From: Sphaerodactylus townsendi
Taxonomy: Eukaryota
DNA length: 64,000 nt
Assembly: GCF_021028975.2 (NCBI RefSeq)
Contig: NC_059439.1
Span: 22,010,001 to 22,074,000 of the forward strand
Direction of reading: 5' to 3'
The first letter of the stretch is position 1, and each line of letters begins with the position of its first letter. Below, in pieces: positions 13,593-24,800 of this stretch. The notes under the pieces were generated by a model that saw nothing but the letters and a program-made list of their open reading frames with translations, was not told the DNA's origin and searched no databases. Made by a program: the position numbers and the translations under genes.

Positions 13593-13966
13593 AGTCCAGG
13601 ATTATATTTCACAATGCTCAAATAGACCAAATATACTGAAAATGTTGCATTAAAAAGTCTATTTTAGTATTTTTTTTGTATTTTTAGTGTTTTTTCAGTT
13701 GTTGGTGTGCAGAAGGCGCACTTTTTAGGCTAGCAGCACCAGAATTTCAGGGATTTTTTGGGAGACTTTCCTGAGGATACCACCCAAGTTAGGTAAGGTT
13801 TGATTCAGGGAGTCCAAAATTATGGACTCCCAAAGAGGGTGCCCCCATCCCCATTGTTTCCAATGGGAGCTATTAGATGGGGCTATACTTTTCGAGGCTC
13901 CATAACATTGTACTAGGCAAAACTTCACCAAACCTGGATGGTATCGTACAAGAGTCTCCTAAGATA

Positions 13967-14213
13967 TTTGGGTGCTGTGTGGTTTCCGGGCTGTATGGCC
14001 GTGTTCTAGCAGCATTCTCTCCTGACGTTTCGCCTGCATCTGTGGCTGGCATCTTCAGAGGAAGATGAAGATGCCAGATGAAGATCCTCTGAAGATGTAA
14101 CCAGCTTGCCAGATTACCCGGCTAAACGTCGGGAGCTCTGCTAGAACACGCTATGACTTCCTGAAACCTTCCAGCTCACCCAAGTGGTCTAGCCCGTGAA
14201 AGCTCGGCAAATG
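13967..14213. mobile_element. Penelope-like element pLTR fragment in inverted (hairpin) configuration
   Basis: Minus-strand arm 13967-14062 followed by a degenerate plus-strand arm ending ccgtgaaagc..; approximate TSD ctcctaagata. Confidence 0.75.
14020..14062 (-). ncRNA. Minimal type-I hammerhead ribozyme (PLE-associated)
   Basis: Minus strand reads TCCT-CTGAAGA-T-GCC-AGCCACAGATGCA-GGC-GAAAC-GTC-AGGA: CUGANGA and GAAA cores, stem II GCC/GGC, stem I TCCT/AGGA, GUC cleavage triplet. Confidence 0.8.
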
Positions 14214-14700
14214 GCCTCCCTAAAGATACCCTGAAATTTTGGTGCTGCTAGATTAACAATTGCATGCCTGACAGCAGGCACCCTCCAATTTCCCCAGATT
14301 CTCCTTTCAAATCCATCCCCTTTGGCATGGATTTAAACAGAAAATCTGAGGTTCCCAGTTTAAACATTGAAAGTGATGCTGTTTCAGGGTGGGGGATAAT
14401 CTACCCCCATACAGTATCACTCTCAATGTTGTTTCAACTGGGACCCCAGATTGTCTCTTTAAGGTGGATTTAAAAGGAGAGTCTGGGCTCTCTAGTTTAA
14501 ACGCTATTAAAAGTGATGTTGTTTGGGGGTGGATTCCAGCATCACAGTGGCTGCCCAGGGGGAGGGTGTGTGCAAAACTCAGATTTTGCACCTAGCTACA
14601 CCTCTGCCCACTTCATTTAGTGTTGCCCCTCAGAGAAGAGTTATCCCTGGAGATTGAGGCTCTATTCTATTCCACGCAGAGGTAAGGAACTTCCACACAG

Positions 14701-14919
14701 GACTGAATTTGCAGATTGGCTAAGTGAAGTTGGAATCAAAGAAGGAAATTGGAAAAGGAGAGCAGAACGAATGAACCTGCTGCTGCACATTTAAAGAAAA
14801 GAAGAAGAAATTTGGAGGGGAAGGGTGGGGAAAAAGGGGTAAAATGATATTATGGATGTATTATAATGTTGAAATTTGAAATGTAAAAAGATCCAGAATA
14901 TTCAATAAAAATTATATAT
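14701..14919 (+). mobile_element. L1-like LINE 3' end with its tail interrupted by a DNA transposon
   Basis: Purine-rich 3' UTR ending AATAAAA; 17-bp direct repeat AAGGAACTTCCACACAG at 14684-14700 and 17566-17582. Confidence 0.55.
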
Positions 14920-17554
14920 TAGGGTTGGTCAATACTAAAAAAATTCGGTAAAATTCGGATTTGGGTATTTTGGGGCATAAAATGATTTGTATGCCCGAAT
15001 CCGAATCATAGCCGATTCGGATATGCCCGAAAATTCGGGTAAATCCAGAAAAATTCGGAGTCCGTTTATTATTATTTTTTGAATTTTTTTGGTGTTTTAC
15101 GTTAATGTTTGGCCTGCAGGGGAGTGCAATTTTAAAGCTAGCAAGCATCTTAAACTTTGGGATATCATCTGGAGACTGTCCTGATGATTCTCCCAAGTTT
15201 ATGTGCAGTTTAGTTCAGTGGGGGCAAAGTTATTGACCCCTCAAAGGGAGTGCCCCATCCCCATTGTTTCAATGGGAAGCTAACAGGGAAATGGGGCTAC
15301 ACCTTTGAAGGTCCATATCACAATTTGGACCCTGAACCAAACGTTCACCAGAAGCTTGGGGGGGTATCATAGGGACAGTACTTGTATGATGCCCTGAAAT
15401 TCTGGTGACAGTGGCTCTAAAACTGCACCACCTCATAGTCACAAAAAAATTTCCCCAGATTCTGTGTGCTCTGTAGTGGCTGGCTGGCTCCATTGCAGCC
15501 AATGTTTAGGAAATTTCTGTGGGAGGGCTGTAATGAGTGCACATTTCTCATGGTAAGAAGCCACATTAAACTCTTCAGGGTGTCTTCAGGAGAGTCTCTT
15601 CACTGGCCACCACCCAGGTTTGACCCGTTGCTTCAAGGGTTCCAATGTTATGGGTAGGGTCCATCTCCCACTGCCCCATAAGCAAGGAGTTCCCTCAAAC
15701 CTGGATGGTGTCATCCAAAGACTCTCACAAAGGAATACCCTGAACATTTGTGACTGTACCTTCCGATAAAAATGTGCACCCCACAGCCTCCACAGAAATT
15801 CCCCATTGACAGCAATGCAGAAGTCACCTGTGAAAAGAAGAATCTTGGGCAAATTTTGGGGGGGGGTGACATCTACAGAGAGCGCATTTTTTTTAGACAT
15901 ATCAGCACCAAAATATCAGGGTATCATCCAGGAGACTGTCCCACAGATGGCCTTTAAGCTTGGTAGTGCAGTTTGGTTTTAAGGGGGGGCCAAAGTTATG
16001 GACCCCTCAAAATGGTAGCCACCATCTCCTTAGCTCTCATTGGAAACAATGGGGGGATAGAGAAGACCCCCTGTGAGGGGTCCATAACTTTGCCTCCCTG
16101 AACCAAACCTCACCAGGCAGGGGATTGTCATCAGGACAGTCTCCTGAGTGATACCCTGAAATTGTAGTGCCACTAGCTTTAAAAAAAATTCCGGTTTTCA
16201 TGTTTCACCACCGCTCCTGCACACATGAAGCCTGCTGGAGTAGTGAGTGAGTGGTGAAACTCGCAAACCAGCATTTTGTAAAGCTAGTGACACTAAACTT
16301 CAGCGGGGTATTTCATCGGGGGGACTGTCCTGATGATACCCCCCAAAGACTGATTGCAGTTTGGGATTCTAGGGAAGCCAGATTATGGACTCTCAAAGGT
16401 GTAGCCCTATCGGCTACCACAGGAAACAATGGGGGGATAGTTGCACCCCTTTTGAGGGTCCATACCTGGGCCAAACTGCAAACCCAAGCATGATGGGTAA
16501 CATCAGGACAGTCACCTGATGATACCCTGATAATTTGGTGCCGATACATCTCAAAATGCATCCCTGCAGGCACCCAGAAATTTGTGCCCAAGATTCTTAA
16601 CTGTTCTGCCAGTGGCTTGGCTGTATTGCTTGTCAATGGGGAATTTCTGTAGTAGAGAAGGCTTATTGAAGGTGCAAATTTCTGGAGGTATGGTCACAAA
16701 ACTTTCAGGGTATCTTCAGGAGAGTCTCTAGATGACACCATCAGGTTTGGGGAATTTTGCTTCAGGAGTTTTGCAATTCTATGGGACCCAAAAAAGGGTG
16801 AGGGTCCATCTCCACTGCCCCCTGAGTAAAGTTCCCCAAACCTGGATGAAGTGTCATCCAGAAAATTTCTCAAGAAAATACCCTTCTGGAATGTTTAATT
16901 TGTGGGTTTCACAAAGAAAATGTGCACTCCACAATCCCCTCTATCGAAAATTCTACTATTGACAGCTTTAATGCAACTAAGATCACTACCAGAACAAAGA
17001 ATCTTGATAAAACCCTAAGAAGCCTGCAGAAGTGCATTAATAGAAGGTGTATCGGTACCAATATTTCAGTGTGTCATCCGAGAGGAGACTGTCCTGATGA
17101 TACCCTCAAGATTTGGTGCAGTTTGGTTCAGGGGGGGCCAAAGTTATGGACCCTCAAAGGGGTAGCCCTCATCTCCTTAGTTCCCATTGGAAAGAATGGG
17201 AGATATGGACACACCTTTTGGGGATCCCGCCTTTGGACCCTCTAAACAAACTTCATTGCACCAGAGCTATGAGGAGTATCACTCAGGACAGTCTCCCTGA
17301 TGACTACCCTGAGAGCCTGAGGTGCTGATATCGTTTAAATAATGTCGCCCCTGCAGGCCGAAATTTCATGACGAAAACCCCAAAAAAATAAGCGCCAATT
17401 AGGTACAGGTGATCGAATCCCATGGGATTCCGGATCTGTGTTAGAATTCCAGGACAGCTCAGATTCAGCCCCTCCTCGTCCTGAATCCGTCCAGGATCAG
17501 TCACGAAGGTCAGTAAAATTCAGAGTTTAGGGACTGTCGAGATCTCCAACCCTA
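14920..17554. mobile_element. Large non-autonomous hAT-like element built from repeated ~290-bp palindromic modules
   Basis: TIRs TAGGGTTGG / CCAACCCTA, subterminal CCGAA/TTCGG repeats, several internal module copies, no transposase ORF. Confidence 0.75.
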
Positions 17555-18592
17555 TTTTTATATAAAAGGAACTTCCACACAGAGGTAGGGAATGGTTAGA
17601 GGGACTATTGATTCAAAGTAATCCAATATCTCTAAATTTAGGTGTAATAAAATGAGTCTATTAAAATTATTTGTTTCTTTAAAAAACAAAGCAACAATAG
17701 CAATCACCTCAAGGTCAGTTCAGACATTATGCAAAGCCATGGTAAATATTAATGATGGCTAACTTGTGAGATCTTGATTTACTCAAGGACAAGCACTCAC
17801 ATCCTTGTTTCTCCTCAAGAAATGCTGGTTTTCTCATCTACTTTGTGTAGTAGCCTAGTAGGATTTCACTGAGAAACTAGCCAGGATTAATCCAGGGTGT
17901 TTCCATCTGTGCATCACACCAAATCACTATTAATGGTAACAAGTTTGTTTCACGTGCATGGATTTCCTCAATAATAACAAAAATATACATATTAAAAGAC
18001 TAACTGTGGTTAACAAAACTAAATTCAGGGTCTGATGGTTTGATGGACTATAACTAAACAGTGACAATGAAATGGTTTGCATAATGAACTTTAGTTGTTT
18101 ACACTATGTCAGAATTAAGCCTAATTTTTTTTAAGCTGAGATTTTTGATAAACGACATGGAAGTTGTTCATCTCTGGGAATAGCATTAGCATCTTGTATC
18201 TCAAATATGACAATTTGTCAATTTACTTGGTTTCTACCCTGATGACTTTCTATTAGACAGCTGCTTTTCCCCTTCTGGGTCAAATTAAATTAAAAAGTCT
18301 TTAATGTTAAGTTATGCTGATTACAAAGAAACTTGTTTTCTTCTCTTTTCTGGTGCAAATGATATCCCAAAAAGCATACTCCTGTGGAGAGATGATTCTG
18401 ATGGTGTAATTATCTCTAATTATTAGGATTTACTCTCCATGTTGCCAGCTGTCATATGCGTGCTTTGAGGCCCAGTGAATTTCCACAATAAATCTGTGCG
18501 CTGGGTCTTATATGAGTTCTGCCCTTCAAAGTCAGAATTATGAAAAGGCAGCACAATCCGGCAGAAGACAAAACAAAGGAACTCCTTCTGCA

Positions 18593-18834
18593 ATGATTTG
18601 CTCCCAGATGCCAGACATATATGGGTTCCTATTGTTCTTTCTGTGGTTACAGCTACTAACAGTAGATGGCAAAGTGCTCAGTATGTGCACCTTGACTGAT
18701 CCTTTCCAACTTCCACATAAATATTCTCAGAAAGGTGATGTAATCATTGGAAAAGTTGTGGCTCACTATGGCTGTGTTTTTGATGAAACCACTTATACAA
18801 GAAACCCTAGAACTGTGAGGGAAGATGGACTTAT
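18593..18834 (+). CDS. V2R exon 1 (signal peptide; alternative ATGs at 18512 and 18608)
   Basis: [11 protein letters not shown] hydrophobic stretch, [10 protein letters not shown]; donor AT|GTAAGG. Confidence 0.8.
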
Positions 18835-21800
18835 GTAAGGAAATCACTTTGTTTTTAGTATGTCTTCCTTCAAGTGTTTAAGTGAGAATGGCCAGGTTGT
18901 ACTTTACTTGGAAACATAATCTTCTTACCTATTACAGACAAGACCTTAGAACAGTGGTGGTGAACCTATGGCACGTGCACACAGAGTTCATCATGTGGGG
19001 AGTGCTATCTAGGCTGGCCTGGGCTGCTGGACTTGATGTGCGTGCACCTCAGCGAGCAGGGAGGACTTGGCTGGCAGCCCCGGTGCCTGTGCTCCAGGTG
19101 GCTGCTGCCCGGGGTGGTGGTGGTGCAGAGGCGGCAGAAATGCTAGAGAGGCACAGAGCGGTGCATGTGGGACTTGCTGGAGGCTACAAAGGTTATTCAG
19201 GTTAAATTGCCGCATTGGCACTTTGCAATAAATAAGTGGGTTTTGTGTTGCAATTTGGGCACTCGGTCTCGAAAAGGTTCGCCATCACTGCCTTAGAACA
19301 TAAGAAACAGTCACAGAAGCTGATGTTGTAGCCGAAGAAAGCAGCTTGCTGCTCCTCAGCAACCGAAGGCAAAGTACTCATTGTCAGGAATGACTGGGAA
19401 CTGGGTTTGATGTTCTTTTCCCCTGCCCCCTGAAATAAGACTGATCACAATCCAAGTGTAGTTAAGCACAGCATGCTCAGTCATCCAGTGAAATAGGTCA
19501 AAATAGCTGGGAACTTCGGTGGAAATCAATGGGATTTGTATATATGCTGATCTTTGGCTGTACCATACGTATGAGTTTCAGATTAATCCTTAGGTGGAAT
19601 TCTTAGCTGCACTTCACACTGTGGGAGAGGAGGGAATCACATATTTAATGCTCTTCCCATTGTAAATAAATTCTTACCAATTCAAAGTAGGTTGTCTGGA
19701 AGCTTTTTGCTGTGCTGGTTCTTCGCTTGCAGGGCAGTATTAATCTGATGGAAATTTGAAAAATGTCACCTCTTCTACTATAGTCTAAAGTGCCATAGTC
19801 CATTCTTGCACCTTAGCAGTGTGCTGCCTCAATATTACCTTTTCCTGCTGCAATTTCAGGTCAGGCAAGAGGGAGCAGGGATTATGGACTCAGGGAACAA
19901 AAGTGAGGGACATTCAGGAAGACTCCTTCCACACATGCAGAATAATGTACTTTGAATCCACTTTCAATGCACTTTACCGCTGGATTTAACTGTGCGGAAT
20001 AGCAAAATCCACTTGCAAACAATTGTGAAATCCACTTGCAAACAATTTATAAATTTCTAATTTTCATATTTTTATATAGATATGTATAACCAAAATGTAT
20101 GTACAACTTTTTGAAAATGTTGAATATCTGGGGTTTTGAAAATTTTCTCTTAAAAAGAAGAAGAAAGAACAACAAGGAGGAAAAAACTCAACATCTGGCA
20201 ACTAGATAAAATAAAAAATGGGGAAAATTAATACATAAAGTAGAGACAAAAATGTAACAACAGTGGTAGCAGATTTACACACAAGTTTCTCTGAAACATT
20301 TCCCACCATCTGAATATATGTCCATACACGATTCTCAATGTACCACATGATTCTCAATGTATCACACATTAATTATTGTTACAGTTTTAAGTCCTCTGTC
20401 CATTGATTTATCAAAGGTGGCCATTTATCCTTCCAAGGTTGTAATCTAAGACTTTCAGCTGTAGGAAGTGTGAAGGAAGAAGTCAATTTTCAATGACCAC
20501 TGGTTAACTTCCAAGGGAAGGGCAAATAGCTCAAAAAGAATATAAATATCATCCAAAATAAGTAAACATTCCAATACAAAAGTGATATGAGTAATAATAT
20601 CTTAAACTGTAATAGATAATTCTTGAAATGCTGATTTTTTTCATAATGTAACCTTTAGTGTTGCACCAAAGAGGTACCAGCATGTCCTATCATTTTTATT
20701 TGCTGTGAAGGAGATTAATGCACACTCCAAGGTCTTACCCAATATCAGCCTGGGATTCCAGATCTTTGATGGCTACTTCAGTGCAAGGATGACTCAGCAA
20801 AACACCCTGAAACTACTGTCTTCCTGGGAAAGGATTGTCCCCAACTATAACTGCAACAAGAAAAAACATCTGATTGCGGTGGTTGCGGGACGTAGCTCTG
20901 AAATGGCCTTTCACATAATTTCTATTTTAAACATCTACAAGGTCCCACAGGTAAAACAAAGTGTTTTACAGCTGTATTGTCTACTATATCAGGGATAGGG
21001 AACCTGCGGCTCCCCAGATGTTCAGGAACTACAATTCCCATCAGCCTCTGTCAGCATGGCCAATTGGCCATGCTGGTAGGGGCTGATGGGAATTGTAGTT
21101 CCTGAACATCTGGAGAGCCGCAGGTTCCCTACCCCTGTACTANNNNNNNNNNNNNNNNNNNNNNNNNNNNNNNNNNNNNNNNNNNNNNNNNNNNNNNNNN
21201 NNNNNNNNNNNNNNNNNNNNNNNNNNNNNNNNNNNNNNNNNNNNNNNNNNNNNNNNNNNNNNNNNNNNNNNNNNNNNNNNNNNNNNNNNNNNNNNAAGTG
21301 CGGTGCTAGAATCTTCAGGTGGAATTCTTAGCAGCACCTCTTCATACTGTGAGAGAGGAGGACATCACATATTTAATGTTCCTCCAAGTGAAAAATTCTT
21401 GCAAATTTAAAGTAGGGCATCAGGAAGAAAGGGCTAATCTTAGCCTTTTGCCTGCTGTGCTGGTTTTCCACTTACAGGAGAGTGTTAATCTTGGGCAATT
21501 TCCTGGGGTGCCTGTCAGGGGTGCATTTTTAAACCTGGTGACACCAAAATTTCAGGGAATCATCCAGAGACTGTTCTGATGACACCACCCAAGGTTAGTG
21601 AAGTTAGGTTCAGGGGGCAAGGTTATGGACCCCCAAAGGGGTAGCCCCCATTTCCTGTTAGCTCCCATTGGAAACAGGCATCCCTTTTGAGGTCTATAAC
21701 TTTGCCCCCCCAAACCAAACTTCACCAAATTCAGATGGCATCATCAGAACTGTCTCCGGATGATACCCTGAAAGTTTAGTGCCACTAGCTTTAACTATCC

Positions 21801-24800
21801 GTCCCCTGCAGGCTGAAAGGCAAAAATACAAAAAAATCAGATGGACCTGAATTTTTCAGGTATATCTGAATATTCGGGTATATCCGAATGTGTTATTTGT
21901 CTTATTAGGGCATACAGATAATTTTATGCCCGAATAAATCTGAATTTTACCAAATTTCTAGGGTATTGACTGGCACTTTTTTGTTTGTTTTTGTTAGAAA
22001 TTAAAGCATTGAGCATATGGAACAGTAACTTTCATAACCAGAATCCTAAGAAGTCTGATATGATTGAAGTAGCAATTCAGCATGAAAAAAAGCAAAATAA
22101 TGGATTGGAACCGGGCATGGGAAACATCCTAAAGAGATTGGTTGTGAAGCCTTTGACAATACATCCTAAAGAGATGTCACAGGCCCATGATGCCATTTTG
22201 TGAACAGTTCAGCTAAAGAATAGCTGTAACAGGGCATTCATTTAATATGTTTTGCATCTGCAAATAAATTTTTTTGGGAACCAAAGGGGTTAAAAACAAG
22301 GCATCATGGAGGGAACATTTTATTTCCTATCTCAAAATGTTTTAAAAGTTTTGTGCAGAAAAGCCAATTGTGGCAAAGTTTTGTGCAGAAAAGCCGACTG
22401 TGTTTATTATGGCCTTTACTGGTTTTTAGTGCTTAGCTGGTAACCTAATCTGTTGTGTCCTGAGACAAGAATAAAAGTCAAAATAATAATTCATAAACTT
22501 CTAACATTCTGTATGCAGTAAACAGAAGTAGTCTGGTGAAATGTGAGGAAAGAAGGATGCAAGAATATTAGCAAGAAAATTTGAGTTCACCTCAAACAGC
22601 TTATAAATGAATTATGATCTGAATGTTTTTGTCCAGAAATTTTTATATCTGGTATTTATTACTAATTTCTTTCGATTATGCATTTAAACCAATTTATATG
22701 GTATTTATACATAAAATGCATGCCATTTTCTGTAATTGTGTACATTGTGCCATGCTGATAATAATAGACAACGTACAATACTGACTTTTCAACACAAACA
22801 TGATTTTGAAAAATGTATAAATTTTATGGCAAAATTCAACGTATACAAATAGAAAAGGGAAATGAAAAAGAAAAAAAGGCTAACTTCAGAAAAATCTAAC
22901 TAAAGGCTCATGCATTCAATTTCTATTGTTAAAACAAACTTGAATGGAAATATTCAAACATGGAAGCTTATTGAAATTTAATAACATCCCTAGCATTAAA
23001 GAAGCTTCATACAAGAAGCACTATAACTAATAAATATCTCTGACATTCCTTCTCCATTCCAAATATTTAAATACATTTTGAAGATGTTTTGCTTGGCTTC
23101 TAATGAAACCCCTAGATTTTATCTCAACTGCTAAGTAGGACTCATTATAATTCAATACAATTGCTATCTATCATTATGAACACTCATTTGTTTTCATTTC
23201 TTTCAGATTGCCTATTGTGTCTTTGCTCCAGTTCAGGAAGTTCAAAGTCAGTTCCCTTCCTTCTATCGCATGGTCTCCAATGAAGAATTTCAGTACATAG
23301 GCCTTGTCTTGCTCCTTTTGCATTTCCAATGGACATGGGTTGGGATCATGACAACGGCTGATGACCAAGGAGACAGATTTGCCCAAACTCTGACCTCTAT
23401 GCTTTTCAAGCATGGAATCTGTACAGCACATGTTGAAAAGATACCAGCTTTGCATCACGCAACACGCTCATTCATATCTCTAGACTCTGTTGCTCTTATG
23501 GCTGTTTCCCTGGCCAATTCTGGTGTAAAGCTATTTGTTGTATATGCAGACCTTCAGATCATAAATACTTTGAAATGGTTGATATATGTGAATGAATTAT
23601 CAGGAGGTATGACCAGTGCTTTCATGGGGATTGTATGGATTATGACAGCCCACTGGGATCTCTCATCACAGACAGAGCTCAGGGAATTTGATATGGACAT
23701 CTTCCATGGTGCTTTGTCCTTTACCATTCACTCCAATGAGGTACTGGATTTCACAAAATTCCTTCAGGGGGTACGTCCTGACTTACAACAGGAAGATGGT
23801 TTTCTCAGGGTCTTCTGGGAAAAGGCTTTTGACTGTATGTTGTCTGATTCTGGTGAAAAGAAGGAAATGAACAATGTTTGCACAGGAGAAGAGAGGCTGG
23901 ATAGCCTACCTGGAGTTATTTTTGAAATGTCCATGACTGGCCAAAGCTATAGCATCTACAATGCAGTCTATGCCATAGCACATGCTTTGCATAAGATAAC
24001 CACATCAAGTTTGAAACTCAGAGCACTGGGGGACAGATATAAATGGGATCCTTCAAATCTACAACCATGGAAGGTAATGTTTCATGACATTTAGAGAAGA
24101 CTTTTGTCCTGAGTTGTTGTCTAATGTATGGTGGCATCTGATGTGGTGAATGCAGCCTTGCAGCCAAATTTCCACATACATTTTCCTTGTATTTAACCCC
24201 TTTTATCCCTGTAATTTCTTAACATTTTCCATTACCACAGAAGCTGTAAGTATCACCGAAACTCCAAATCATGATGTTCCTTTTACTTCCCTTTGCTGTG
24301 TGAGACTTGGGGAAATTTGCCTGAATGTCAATGTAGTCTGTCTCTTTTCTATGCTTCTCTGATGATACTTGTGTACTTATTGGAGAACCTAGTAAATTAG
24401 GGATGGTGTCCAATTGCTAGTTGCTTGTGGTTCAATTAAGAAACAACCACCTCCATTTCATTTAATTTCTTTTTTGTGCAAATCACACCCATGATTCTCC
24501 ATTTGCCCTATTTTCTTGTTTCCCCCACTTTCTGAAATAAAAGCAGGAAACATCAAAATATGTCTTACAAGCCATCAAGTCATTTTTGACTTACGATGAC
24601 CCTATGAATTAAACTTACAAAATGTTCTATAAAAAGCAGCCATGACTAAGCGTGGCTGCCATTGCCACACAGGAGGGGAAAACTGAAGGGGGAGGCAGGG
24701 TGTTTGGAAAATTAATTAGAAGGGGAGGAAAAAAGCACCAAAACAATGCACCAAAAAGAAGCCCCATGATGTCCAGGAGGGGCAGAGCAGGCCAAGGCTT

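Larger units (their letters stand above)
13625..14606. mobile_element. Non-autonomous hAT-like element containing the ~290-bp palindromic module
   Basis: Module ggagact.tcctga.gatacc...ccccattgtttccaatggg...; right end ctagctacacctctg resembles the TIR of the 35230 element. Confidence 0.6.

Noticed and set aside
14920-17554. CTGATGA...GAAA in the palindromic modules as hammerheads, or the array as CRISPR-like
   Set aside because: No stem II or stem I pairing around the motif; long degenerate units without unique spacers, in eukaryotic DNA
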